This document shows, piece by piece, positions 44,237 to 57,992 of a DNA stretch of 64,000 nucleotides. Made by a program: the position numbers and the translations under genes. The stretch's first letter is position 1; every line of letters begins with the position of its first letter. Source of the DNA: Eledone cirrhosa. Its lineage: Eukaryota. The notes beneath the pieces were generated by a model. It was not told the DNA's origin. It worked only from the letters and a program-made list of their open reading frames with translations, and did no database searches. Where the stretch lies: assembly GCA_964016885.1 (NCBI GenBank), contig OZ024761.1, forward strand, positions 25,482,001 to 25,546,000, in the 5' to 3' direction.

Positions 44237-44859
44237 GAAATAAAAATAAAAAAAATATATAAAAACTATAGAAATGTGATGGAGGATGAAAGAGATAAAT
44301 CATTTGGAGTAGAAACAAAAGAAGATTTTAATAGCCTAGCATTATTGAATAGCAATGTGAGTAACCGAAGTATTAATTGTTAGTTAAAAATCAATTTATG
44401 GCCATAAGCAGAGTTGTATATCGCTGAATGATTAGGTTGAAAATCTAGAGGTTGCAAAATAAGGCTAGCGTTCTGTTCTATTCTCTTCCTCTCTTTGTTG
44501 ATTGCTGTGACTTTTAACCCACTACGATTCACTGCATGGTCCCACAATACACTTAGCACCCATTGTTGTACACCATTTAAATATATTTTGATATTGTAAG
44601 TTGGAATAGTTCACAATTATTCAAATAATGTAGTTTCAATAATTATCCTAATAATGCAGCTTTGATGTTATTAATGTATCCACGTGCTATAAATACCAGC
44701 TACATGGATCTTCACTCAAATGGCACAGTATAGATGTTTTTAAATTCTGCTCCTCCAGTCCCTTAACTGCTAATTTAGTCGAAGTTTCGCCATAGTGGCA
44801 TACGATTTTAAGATTTCTTCAAGTTTGGATACGGCGGATTTCTTCCAGCGAAGGGCAGG

Positions 44860-45055
44860 AAGGGGAGGATAGGATGGGTAAAATAGCTATAGAGGAAGAA
44901 TCGACCACAGTACTAGACTTGTATTTTATTTATAGACCTCGATGGAATGAAAACCATAGATGACCTCGGTGAGATTTGAACTCAGAGAGCAGAAAATTGG
45001 AGTCTATACTGCAAAGCACTCTTACCATTTTAACCATTCTATCAATTCGCCACCA
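44860..45055 (-). mobile_element. Degenerate SINE family A
   Basis: GACCTCGGTGAGATTTGAACTCAGA and head. Confidence 0.75.
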
Positions 45056-45339
45056 TATTCAATATAGATTAAGTTAAATTAACTTGAGTAACTGAAGTAT
45101 TGTTAGTTAAGAAACGGATTAAGGCTTGAGCTAAGCTGAATATTGCAACCTCAGTAACGTTCAAATATAGAGATTGAAGATGAGTTTAATTTCTTGTTTG
45201 TTTAATAATTGTTCCATTAATGTAGATTAAATGTGGTGCCTCGTACTTCCAGATTAGTTTTCAAATCAAAATTGATATTAGAAAATATAGAACTTTATGG
45301 AGTATATGGACCATAATGAAATATGCAATCTTTGTAGAG

Positions 45340-46153
45340 TATATAAACGTTATGAAATATATATAAACGTTATGAAATATATATACACTTTATGAAATAT
45401 ATGTTTCTTTTATTTGCCACTAGGGCATCAAAAGTGGGACAAGTACAAAGGGGGGAGTTTACACAAAAAGGCGTCCTCAATAAGGAGGAGGCAATAACAA
45501 AATATAAAAATAAAATAAGATATAACAAAAAATAAAATTTTTAACAAAATCCTCAATAGAGAGGAGGCGCCTTGGGGTCGCACACACCCCCGAAAAAAGT
45601 GTGCAACCCTTCTCCTCAGGAGCACAGAGAAGGGGTGCTCCCTTGGTCTTTCATCTTCCTCACCTATAGTCTGATGTAGAGTGAAGGCCCATTCACACGG
45701 GCCATTCTCGCCACTTTCACCCATCTTTCATAGAAACGGCTGGGGTGCAGCACCTCTCTCTCCATCCTGATCCTTCTTCCGAAATGATATCGGAAGAAAC
45801 GGACCAGTTGTTGGCCAGAGAGAAAGGTGCCTGACCTCAGTCCTTTCAGACGCATCCACCATACAACCTCTTTCGCCATGGCTATTACGCACAGAAACAC
45901 CGCCTCTGCTTCATCTTTGAAGGGGGGAGGCGGCTTGATCATTACAATAGACTCGGTGGTCAACCGGATCGGTCCCACCCTTGACAGCAGTTAAACGTTA
46001 TGACATGTATATACACATTATGAAATATATATATAAACATTATGAAATTTATATAAACGTTTTCAAATATATATATAAACATTATGAAATATATATAAAC
46101 ATTATGAAATTTATATAAACATTATATAAACGTTCTGAAACATATATATCAAC

Positions 46154-46190
<37 letters not shown>

Positions 46191-46212
46191 ATTATGAAAT
46201 TTATATAAACAT
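45340..46212 (+). repeat. ~20-22 bp minisatellite ATATAAAC(G/A)TTATGAAAT, split by the LINE
   Basis: Units at 45340-45402 and 45993-46212. Confidence 0.85.
45403..45992 (-). mobile_element. 5'-truncated L1/Tx1-clade LINE (ORF2 C-terminus plus 3'UTR)
   Basis: GC-richer island; ORF 45664-45978 has the AK..VW..R..F....E...F..RW pattern typical of Tx1/L1 ORF2 ends; T-rich 3'UTR ending AATAAAAGAAAC. Confidence 0.7.
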
Positions 46213-46268
46213 CGCGGAATATTTAAACATTGAAGCAGATGGCAACTTCTTTTTCAGTCTATAATTGT

Positions 46269-46269
<1 letters not shown>

Positions 46270-46356
<87 letters not shown>

Positions 46357-46600
46357 AGAGAGATAGAGAGGGAGAGATAATGAGAGAGAGATAGAGAGGG
46401 AGAGATAATGAGAGAGAGATAGAGAGGGAGAGATAATGAGAGGGAGACAGAATGAGAGGGAGACAGAATGAGAGGGAGAGAATGAGAGGGAGAGAGAATG
46501 AGAGGGAGAGAGAATGAGAGGGAGAGAGAATGAGAGGGAGAGAGAATGAGAGGGAGAGAGAATGAGAGGGAGAGAATGAGAGGGAGAGAATGAGAGAGAA
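46270..46600 (+). repeat. (GA)n grading into GAGAATGAGAGG units
   Basis: Directly visible. Confidence 0.95.
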
Positions 46601-47639
46601 AGTAGGGCAGACATCGCGCATGCGTCCATAATGAAGCAAACAACGTTATGTTAGATTGCAGTAATTTCCACAACCACGATTAACATAATATCAGCGACGA
46701 CAAGGGCGACGAGGATAACGATGTGTTGAAGTCAATGACGATGACGACAGCGTTGGCAGCCATGATATGTTAAATATGCGGTGCTTATCGCTCAATTAAA
46801 ATTACTGATGTGTATAGTAAAGTAAACCGATATCCTCTATTATGTAATTGCTTTTTGTTGTAATTTGTTTTTTGCTAGTATTTTTATTTGTTATTATCAG
46901 TAAGCCATTTGACGATGTATGTATTCTATTCAACGATATGTTGAAAATTCGATTACGTTCTTAAATTCGATTAGAGAAATGTGATAGATATAAAGCTCAA
47001 TACAGACGTATAACGATAAGTGATTTGTCTCCTCTTAAACGTATTTAATATCCGAGTTCTCGGTTCAAATCCGAGCCTAATTGAATATCTTTTTATTTAC
47101 TGTTTATTTTTTTAATTCGAGAATCTGTATATTAATTTCCCAGAAACATAATTAATTTTTACTATGTGGGAGAATTCCCCTTTCTTTTTCTCGTTAGACG
47201 TTTTTTTTTTTATGCTAAAAGACATTTTCCAGGTGAATGTGATTTAGAGATGGCGAATTAACTGAGACACCATTTCAATTGACCGAATTTCAAGATGGAG
47301 AACGCCATTGAATAAAATGCTGATGATAGTGGAATTGAAATAAATATAGACTTTCAAAATTAAATATTGGATATGTCTAATACACATTCTAGAAGTTTGA
47401 ATAACCAAATGTAAAAAAAAATATATTGATCAGGTATATTCTATATTCGAAACTTTGTAAAGCCTAATCGATATTTCTTACATTAGGAATTTTCGAAATT
47501 TAAATGTGATGTACAAATAAAGAGCATTATTATATTCTGTATATCCTGAGAGATTTGATGTAGACGTGTTGCCTGATGGTTAGTGTATTCATCTGAGGAT
47601 TTTCAAATATACTTTTCTATTCTCGGTAGGCGGGTCTGT

Positions 47640-48170
47640 CCCCGAGCAAGACACTTTGTTCGTTGGTGTGTTCGACTGACTAACGTTATCAGTTCGAGTC
47701 CCGTTCATTATGCTTATCCTTGACCAAGTCACGTTGTTCGTTAGCGATTTCGATAGACTAAGGTAGCTACTTCGAGTCCCTCCTTGACCAAAACACCTTG
47801 TTAGTTAGCGATTTCGATAGACTAAGGTAGCTAGTTTGATTCCTTTGATGCCTATCCTTGACTAAAACACCTTGTTAGTTAGCGATTTCGATGGACTAAG
47901 GTAGCTAGTTCGAGTTCCTTTGATGCCTATCCTTGACCAAAACACCTTTTTGGTTAGGGATATCGATGGTCTAAGGTAGCTAGTTCGAGTTCCTTTGATG
48001 CCTATCCTTGACCAAAACACCTTGTTAGTGTGCGATTTCGATGGACTAAAGTAGCTAATTTTAGTCCCTTTGGTTATCATTCTTCAAGACACCTTGTTGG
48101 TTAATGTGTTCGATTTTATAGGGTAATCAGTTCGATTCTCGGAGGTTATCTGTGTCTTTGAGCATGATAA
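47640..48170 (+). repeat. 75-bp minisatellite derived from a tRNA-SINE head, ~7 units
   Basis: CCTTGACCAAAACAC-like unit starts at 47856, 47931 and 48006; each unit has a B-box-like GTTCGAGTTCC; the array is followed by SINE body (GTCCACTCAG). Confidence 0.85.
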
Positions 48171-48546
48171 CTTCTTTCATGTTCTAGTCCACTCAGATGA
48201 GAATAAATTAATGAGTTATGTATGTATTTTCAAAGGTCAATCTTGTCACAAAATCTGTTGAGTGGAATCTCCTTGATGATCAGATAAAATGTACCCGGCT
48301 CTTTAAAATACCCGGCCATTTTATAGTTAATTTCGAGACCAGGCAGTTCTGTTGATCATTATATTTGATCATAGAGAACGACGAAGCTCCACAAACAAGA
48401 TATTTGTGGCGAATTATTAGAATATTAAATAAAATGGAAGGTTTTGAAGCCAACCGATGCATGAAAAAGACATGCTGCAATCTGTTAATACAGATTCACT
48501 GAAGCAGGCTATTCTGAATCACATGTCTAAATGTGAACAGCATATA

Positions 48547-48589
<43 letters not shown>

Positions 48590-49640
48590 CGAGAAAGTGT
48601 CAGAAAAAAAGAGAGTGAGCTAGAGAGAGAAATAGTGTGAGAGAGAAATAGAGTGAGAGCGAGAAAGAGAGTGAGTGAGTGAGTGAGAGCGAGAAAGAGA
48701 GTGAGTGAGTGAGTGAGAGAGAGAAAGAGAGTGAGTGAGTGAGTGAGAGAGAGAGAGAGAGAGTGAGTGAGAGAGAGAAAGAGAGTGAGTGAGTGAGAGA
48801 GAGAAAGAGAGTGAGTGAGTGAGAGAGAGAAATAGAGTGATTGAGTGAGAGAGACAAAAAGAGAATGAGTGAGTGAGTAAGAGACAAAAAGAGAGTGATT
48901 GAGTGAGATACAGAGAAAGAGGGAGAAACAGAAATATGGGGGAGTGGAGAGAGAAATTGTAGGAAGATGGAGAGGAAGAGGGATAGAAAGAGGGAGAGAG
49001 GGGGGAAGAGGGGGGAACGAGGGGGGGATGATGGGGGACGAGGGGGGAGAGAAAGAGGAGGAGATGGAGAGAAATTGTGGGAAGATGGAGAGAAAGGGGG
49101 ATAGAAAGAGGGGGGAGATAGGGTGGGTGGTGGAGAGAAAGAGTGGGAGATGGTGAGAAAGAGGGGGAGATGGAGAGAAAGAGGGGGGATGGAGAGAGAG
49201 CGAGAGAGGAAGGGAGAGAGAAAGAAAGAAAGAGAGAGGGAGAGGAAGAGAGAGAGAGAGGGAGAGAGAGAGGGAGAGTGAGTGAGTGAGAGGGAGAGTA
49301 AGTGAGAGAGTGAGAGTGAGGGAGAGTGAGTGAGAGAGTGAGGGATAGTGAGTGAGTGAGTGAGTGAGAGAGAGAGTGAGAGTGAGATAGAGAGCGAGTG
49401 AGATAGAGAGCGAGTGAGATAGAGAGCGAGTGAGATATAGAGCGAGAGAGATATAGAGCGAGAGAGAGAGAGATAAGGAGAGAGAGAGAGATAAGGAGAG
49501 AGAGAGAAGGAGAGAGAGAGAAGGAGAGAGAGAGGAAGCAAGAGTGAGATAGAGAGGCAGTGAGATAGAGAGGGAGTGAGATAGAGAGGGAGCGAGAGAG
49601 AGAGCGAGAGAGAGAGAGAGGGAGCGAGAGGGAGAGATTT
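48590..49640 (+). repeat. Polypurine GA/GAGT tract, ~1 kb
   Basis: Directly visible. Confidence 0.95.
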
Positions 49641-49721
49641 TCTTTCAAATATAATTTGTCTGTCTATGACAAACAATTGCGAAGTTCAGAGTAGATGTTT
49701 AAAAATCCTTTATTTATAAAG

Positions 49722-50245
49722 GTGTTATACATATTTCAATGGCAATCAGAGCTATAAACCTGTGATACATATTTCAATGGCAATCAGAGCTATAAAGCTG
49801 TGATACATATTTCAATGACAATCAGAGCTATAAAGCTGTGATACATATTTCAATGACAATCAGAGCTATAAAGCTGTGATACATATTTCAAAGGCAATCA
49901 CAGCTATAAAGCTGTGATACATATTTCAATGATAATCATAGCTATAAAGCTGTGATACATATTTCAATGGCAATTAGAGCTATAAAGCTGTGATACATAT
50001 TTCAATGATAATCATAGCTATAAAGCTGTGATACATATTTCAATGGCAATTAGAGCTATAAAGCTGTGATACATATTTCAACGGCAATCACAGCTATAAA
50101 GCTGTGATACATATTTCAATGATAATCATAGCTATAAAGCTGTGATACATATTTCAATGGCAATTAGAGCTATTAAGCTGATACATGTTTCAATGGCAAT
50201 CACAGCTATAAAACTGTGATACATATTTCAATGGCAATCAGAGTT
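49722..50245 (+). repeat. 38-bp minisatellite, ~13.5 copies
   Basis: Unit GTGATACATATTTCAATGGCAATCAGAGCTATAAAGCT. Confidence 0.97.
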
Positions 50246-50953
50246 ATGTGATGATTCAATCATTCAACTGGTGACACTACATCATCAGACAGCATATTTA
50301 TGTAATAAGGTTACATTTCCAAGGCAGATTTTGCACATATGTATATATGTGTATGTATGTGTGTGTGTGTGTATTTATATATATATATATATATATATAT
50401 GTGTATGTGTATATACGTATATGTGTGTGTGTGTTTGTGTATCTATTTGTGTATGTGTATGTATGTGTTTATGTATTTGTATATGTATATTTATGTGTGA
50501 GAGTGTGTGTATGTATTTACCTTTTCGTACGTATGTGTACGTACATATGTGTGTACTCCTTACCACGCGTGTCTGTTCATCTACTCGTCGCAATTTTTAA
50601 TATATATATTTTTTTGTTATATTTATTTGCGTGTGTGAATATGTAGAGGTGTGTATATTTTTCTAATTTTGTACATACATATGTACGCATTTATGTATGT
50701 ATATGTATATACGTGTGTATATAGGTATGGTTATGTGCATGTATGTATGTATGTATATGTATGTGTGTATGGCTATGTATGTGTATGTGCATGCATGTAT
50801 ATATATATATATATATATATTTATGTGCGTATTTATGTATGTGTATATGTATGTATATATGTGTATTTATATACACATATATATGTGTATATATGTGCGT
50901 GTGTATGTATGAGTGTATGTATATATATATATATATGTGTGTGTGTATGTATG

Positions 50954-51009
<56 letters not shown>

Positions 51010-51187
51010 TGTTTGCATGTTTGGTTTTATTTTATTTTTCCTTTCCTTCTTTCTCCAGCCTCACTTTCATATAGATTGCATTTTTGTTTATAAAATCCAA
51101 ATTTAAAAAACAGACCAGGAATTTTTCATTCTGAGGATTGAAAGCAAAATTGTTTGCTTTTAAGAAACCACTGGTAAATGGAATAAT

Positions 51188-51778
51188 TGCCTTATGTTGT
51201 TTATTACATAACTAATATATATATATAGATAATATATATATATATATAGATAATATATATATATATATAGATAATATATATATATATATAGATAATATAT
51301 ATATATATATAGATAATATATATATATATATAGATAATATATATATATATATAGATAATATATATATATATATAGATAATATATATATATATATAGATAA
51401 TATATATATATATATAGATAATATATATATATATATAGATAATATATATATATATATAGATAATATATATATATATATAGATAATATATATATATATAGA
51501 TAATATATATATATATAGATAATATATATATATATAGATAATATATATATATATAGATAATATATATATATATAGATAATATATATATATATAGATAATA
51601 TATATATATAGATAATATATATATATAGATAATATATATATATAGATAATATATATATATATAATATATATATAGATAATATATATATATATAATATATA
51701 TATATATAATATATATATATATAATATATATATAATATATATATATATAATATATATATATATAATATATATATATAT

Positions 51779-51809
<31 letters not shown>

Positions 51810-52589
51810 ATATATATATAATATATATATATATAATATATATATATATAATATATATATAATATATATATAATATATATATATATAATATATATATATA
51901 TAATATATATATATATATATAATATATAGATATATAATATATATAATATATATATATTATATATATAATATATATATATTATATAGATATATAATATATA
52001 TATTATATAGATATATAATATATATATTATATATATAATATATATATAATATATAGATATAGAATATAATATATAGATATATATAATATATATATAATAT
52101 ATATAATATATATATTATATATATTATATATATAATATATATATTATATATATAATATATATATTATATATATAATATATATATATATATGTACACGTAC
52201 ATACATATATGTATACAGACGTACAGTAGTATATATATATATATATACATAGATGCACACATATATATATATGCACGTATGGATTCACCGAACATTTATT
52301 ATATTGCTCGGTATGTTTGTAAACAAACATCCCGTATTGAGCCGTAGTGTCTAGTTGCCTTATGTTGTTTATTACATAACTAATATATATATATATATAT
52401 ATATATATAGATAGATAATATATATATGTACACGTACATACATATATGTATACAGACGTACAGTAGTATATATATATATATATACATACATGCACACATA
52501 TATATATGCACGTATGGATTCACCGAACATTTATTATATTGCTCGGTATGTTTGTAAACAAACATCCCGTATTGAGCCGTAGTGTCTAG
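51188..52589 (+). repeat. Tandem duplication; the first copy has a ~1 kb internal (TA)nGATAA expansion
   Basis: TTGCCTTATGTTGTTTATTACATAACTAA at 51188 and ~52354; both units end GCCGTAGTGTCTAG. Confidence 0.85.
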
Positions 52590-52719
52590 CAACCACCGTT
52601 GCAAGTTTGTTCAACACTGACAAAGGAACGATGTACTAGTTTCAAGCTTGTTAGCTGTCGCCAGCAACGTATACCTTCCTGCCAGATTGTTGAATGTGTA
52701 TACTTACCTTATGCATATG

Positions 52720-52886
52720 ATATATATAATATATATATATAATATATATATATAATATATATATAATATATAATATATAATATATATATATATAATATAT
52801 AATATATATATATATATAATATATATATATCATATATATATATAATATATATATATAATAGATAATATATATATATATTTATATAA

Positions 52887-52921
<35 letters not shown>

Positions 52922-53285
52922 TTATATATATATATATGTATATATATATTTATATCTATATATATGTATATATATATTTATATATATATGTATATATATA
53001 TAATATATATATATTTATATATATATATATGTATATATATATTTATATATATATGTATATATATATAATATATATATATTTATATATATATATATGTATA
53101 TATATATTTATATATATATATATATGTATATATATATTTATATATATATGTATATATATATAATATATATATATTTATATATATATATATGTATATATAT
53201 ATTTATATATATATATATGTATATATATATTTATATATATATGTATATCTATATATATGTATATATATATATATGTATATCTATA

Positions 53286-53332
<47 letters not shown>

Positions 53333-53546
53333 TTATATGTATATATCTATATATATATATGTATATATAATACATATATATTATATGTACATATATATAT
53401 ATAGTGATATATACATATATATATATATATTATATGTATATATCACTATATATATATATGTATATATATAATATATATATATATATATGTGTATATATAT
53501 AATATATATATATATGTATATACATATATATATATTATATATATAT
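52720..53546. repeat. Degenerate (TA)n tract
   Basis: Directly visible. Confidence 0.95.
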
Positions 53547-54211
53547 GTTCCTCATTATTTGTTAGACAGGAAACAGAAGTACTCCATAAATATAATAAAC
53601 GATAAAAACATACAAAAATAATAAATAAAATGACGAAGAAGTATCTAGAAAGGCAATAAGCAAAACCACACATCACCCCACCAAACAAAAAGACTAAGAA
53701 CAAACACAACTAAAAACAGAAAATAAAATATAAAAATATGAAACTGTGATAATATAAAGTAAATTACAATAAAAATAGGAAGGATTCTGTCCATTTCAGA
53801 CTAAGAATATCTATTTTCCGAGAAATAAACCATTTTTCTATTCTCTTTTCAAGCAGTCCACAATATGTCCGCCCTATTACAAAATGGTCGCTGAATTTCC
53901 CATAAATCTGGCTGCTACATGACATATATTTGACCCCTTGTTACACCCAGTAATATTCTCTAAGAAATAACAATTTACTGTTAACTAACGCTTCCGATAT
54001 ATTTTCTTAATAATGTCATACATACATACATGCATATATGGATATATATATACGCGTATATGATGTATGTACTTATATATCTGTATATATGTGTGTGCAT
54101 GTATTTTTCACACCTATACGTAATATACATATATCTATATATCATTTAACGTGGGCAAGTGTGGATGTGTTAGTGTAAAATAATATACTTACACACACAC
54201 ATATATGTGTG

Positions 54212-54244
<33 letters not shown>

Positions 54245-54262
54245 ATTTATATACACGAATAC

Positions 54263-54320
<58 letters not shown>

Positions 54321-54559
54321 CAGATTATTATTGATGTCTTTCCTGGTCACTACATTGAGTTTAGCTTATCCACACAGTCACTATACTATATATACACACA
54401 GAAAAACTTATATATCGATAAACCTTTATGTGTATATATATATATATGCGCACAAATGTGTATGGAAGTGGTTGACGTTGGGATGCTGACGGGTTGTTAT
54501 GTTTTACATGGTTTCAGTTCTCAGATCTGCTGAAAATGAGTGCTATTTCTAATTTAAGG

Positions 54560-54712
54560 GACTATGTATACTGGATCTCCCTGAGAACGATATTAAGTGT
54601 GCACGTGTCTGGAGTGCTCAACAATAACACATTAAACTAACTTCACGAGCAGGCAGTTCGGTTGATTCAATTAACTGGAGCACTCATCGTCTCATATGAC
54701 GTAGGGCCATCA
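54560..54712 (+). mobile_element. 3' part of a cephalopod-type SINE
   Basis: CCTGAGAAC..CACGTGTCTGGAGTGCTCA..TTCACGAGCAGGCAGTTC.GTTGAT, recalled as the octopus SINE 3' region. Confidence 0.55.
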
Positions 54713-54772
54713 AAGACACACAACATACATATATATATATATATATATATCCCTAAACGCAAACACACACTC

Positions 54773-54815
<43 letters not shown>

Positions 54816-55289
54816 GACATATATACATATATATGTTGGTTTAATCGCGTGTAATGGCGTTATTATATCTATATGGCTGCATTTAAATTATAATTCCTGT
54901 TTCCCCCACTTAAAATAGTATATTTTTTCCTTTTCCTTTGTCAGATATTAATATATAATTGATTACAATTTCAAAAGGTTCTTAAGTTATGTTTTAAATC
55001 ACAATATATTTCTCATAACATTTTTCATAACCAGATCTCTCTAATTAAATTTCCACCACCCCCGCTCTTTCTCTGGCCGATACCGTATACAAGTGAATAT
55101 GTTATAAAATATATATATAGCTTGTTTTGATAATCTTTAACCTAATATAAATTACGAAAGTTTAAAAATACACAAGTCCAATTTCTCTATTTTGAGCAAA
55201 ACACGCATAGTCAAGCATGATATATTCTTATTCGTAATTTTTCATTTTTCATTCGTCTATTCGTATATATTTTTATTGATTTCAAACAT

Positions 55290-55518
55290 TAATACAATGC
55301 CATAAATGTTTGGGGTGATTGGTAGATGTAGAGTGGATGATAGAGAGAAGACCAAAGTCGATTTATGATACACCATTACTTGACAGGTAAAGTATTTTAA
55401 GCGATCCGAAAAGAATGTAAGGAAGACATTTTAATTCAAATGTTTAAATGACGAAACTAAACATTACAATAAAAGTCATTATATTTAGCATTCTAACCAT
55501 TCTGTTAAACACTGCCAT
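55290..55518 (-). mobile_element. Highly degenerate SINE family A
   Basis: Remnants of the core (GATCCGAAAAGAATGTAAGG) and head (CTAACCATTCTG). Confidence 0.5.
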
Positions 55519-55569
55519 CACATACTCCATGGAGAATCTAGAAAGACAAGCCTGCATGTAAGTTTACTC

Positions 55570-56000
55570 GTGATAATCGAGCCCGGTTATATTCTGCAGA
55601 ATATAACTGAGATGTGAGATGAATAAAGAACCACAAGGGCAAGCGGGATGCCGCTGTATTGTGGACTAGAAAAAGAGTATGTCGCAGTCGGATACAACTT
55701 TCTTCACTGTAAATAAAGCACCACTCTCTACTCAACATGGATGTCGTTAAATATCACCAGAACACTGCTATTTAAAACTATATGTTGACATGCTCCAGGA
55801 GCTACATAACCTATGTATCAAATTTGAACAAAATCGGTGACTGTGGAAATGCATCGCCTGCGTACGAACAGACAAACATTTACATTTATATATATAGTTA
55901 TATATAGCAAAACAATTTAATTGAAAGTCGAACACTGAAAGCAAAAAAATAAGCAAACCCTCAGCGAGGAGTAAAGACAAAAATGATTCTAGCCATTTCG
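55570..56000 (+). pseudogene. Decayed L1/Tx1-type reverse transcriptase fragment
   Basis: Frameshifted motifs in the expected order: PGYILQNI (PGRxIxDNI), D-LEKEYVAV..FL (DxEKAFDRV..FL), RGV-RQ (RGVRQG). Confidence 0.45.
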
Positions 56001-56399
56001 TGAAAGTCTCCGGACAAACAGTTTCTTAAAATATAGAAAGAAGAGGGCTGATATTATCAGGATAATCACAATGGAGTGATCGATATGATCCCAGATCACA
56101 TATGCTTGCATAGGGAGAGGAACTCGTTAAATCAGACAAAGGAAAGTTTTCCATTGGTCTTTCCATTGTTGATACTAATAATATCCATATCACTGATATG
56201 ACCACAACTACCTCTACCATCACTATTAACTGCACCAACACCACTCATACTACAATTACTATTATCACCAACATCACTACTACTACCACCACCACCACAA
56301 TTACTACCAGTAGTACCACCACTAGTGCCAGTACCATCAACAACACCACCACCACCAATACTACAACTACTAATGTCACCAACACCACCAATAATACAA

Positions 56400-57210
56400 C
56401 TACCCCTACCATCACCATCAACAACACCACCATAAATACTACAGCTCCAACTTCACCAATACTACCACCACCACCATCACTCCTCAACAACACCAATACT
56501 ACAACTATTACCACCACCACTATTACCACCACCAATACTACAGCTCCAACGTGAAATACCACCACTATTACTATACCTAATACTACCACCACCACTACCA
56601 CCACCACTCCTCAACAACACCAATACTACAACTATTACCACCACCACTATTACCACCACCGATACTACAGCTCCAACGTGAAATACCACCACTATTACTA
56701 TACCTAATACTACCACCACCACTACCACCACCACCACCACTCCTGAACAACACCAATACTACAACTATTACCACCACCACTATTACCACCACCGATACTA
56801 CAGCTCCAACGTGAAATACCACCACTATTACTATACCTAATACTACCACCACCACTACCACCACCACCACCACTCCTGAACAACACAAATGCTACAACTA
56901 TTACCACCACCACTATTACCACCACCAATACTACAGCTCCAACTTGAAATACCACCACTATTACTATACCTAATACCACCACAACCACCAATACTACAAC
57001 TATTACCACCACCACTATTACCACCACCAATACTACAGCTCCAACTTGAAATACCACCACTATTACTATACCTAATACCACCACAACCACCAATACTACA
57101 ACTATTACCACCACCACCACTATTACCACCACCGATACTACAGCTCCAACGTGAAATACCACCACTACTACTATACCTAATACTACCACCACCACCACTA
57201 CTACCACTAC
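56400..57210 (+). repeat. ~100-135 bp (ACC/ACT)-rich minisatellite, ~6 copies
   Basis: ATACTACAGCTCCAAC(G/T)TGAAATACCACC recurs. Confidence 0.92.
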
Positions 57211-57394
57211 GGAATGTTAATATTGGAGGGTTTTATAATCATCGATTCCGAGTGATGGTCTGGAATGGCTGCAGGACAAAAATAAAATATGGAAATGTGA
57301 ACTATCTCCTATATATTGTCATTATCGTTATTCAATATTACACTTCGGACGCTGTTTTCATTCCAAACACCGTTAGAATATTCAACTATACACG

Positions 57395-57546
57395 TGTATG
57401 TATGTATGTATGTATGTATGTATGTATGTATGTATGTATGTATGTATGTATGTATGTATGTATGTATGTATGTATGTATGTATGTATGTATGTATGTATG
57501 TATGTATGTATGTATGTATGTATGTATGTATGTATGTATGTATGTA
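57395..57546 (+). repeat. Perfect (GTAT)n microsatellite
   Basis: ~38 uninterrupted units. Confidence 0.98.
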
Positions 57547-57735
57547 TAAGAAAAAGTATGACCCCGACGGCAGAGCTCAAGCCGTTTCGACGGCTATTTC
57601 TGGAAATAGCCGTCGAAACGGCTTTTGCTCTGCCGTCAGGGTCATACTTTTTCTTATTTCCCACTCTACTACACTAAGTATTGAGTACTCTGGTGCATTA
57701 TGGTCCATATGCTTCCTTTCCACAATTCTTTTGTT
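57546..57735 (+). mobile_element. Fold-back family H element (inverted repeat 57546-57657 plus tail)
   Basis: 55-bp arms around a 2-nt loop; tail with GAGTACTC runs into (TA)n. Confidence 0.85.
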
Positions 57736-57866
57736 ATATATATATATATATATCTGTGTGTGTGTGTGTACATATATGCACATAAATAGACATGCATATA
57801 TGTATAAATACATACATAGACCTTGTATATATACATATATATATATATATACATACATAGACCTTG

Positions 57867-57920
<54 letters not shown>

Positions 57921-57922
57921 CC

Positions 57923-57958
<36 letters not shown>

Positions 57959-57960
57959 CC

Positions 57961-57992
<32 letters not shown>

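Noticed and set aside
49722-50245. CRISPR-like regular repeat (also 19552-19960 and 47640-48170)
   Set aside because: No unique spacers, no cas genes, and a eukaryotic context
52700-52709. ATACTTACCT (U1 snRNA 5' end, or minus-strand splice donor)
   Set aside because: No further U1 similarity, and no plausible upstream exon because it adjoins a TA tract
54611-54620. GAGTGCTC as another tail-motif instance
   Set aside because: Lies inside a SINE body, not at the 40-65 nt position from a TA junction; excluded from the motif count
56198-57677. Mucin-like Thr-rich and Pro-rich ORFs
   Set aside because: (ACC/ACT) minisatellite with frame-breaking unit lengths and stops; no convincing splice context
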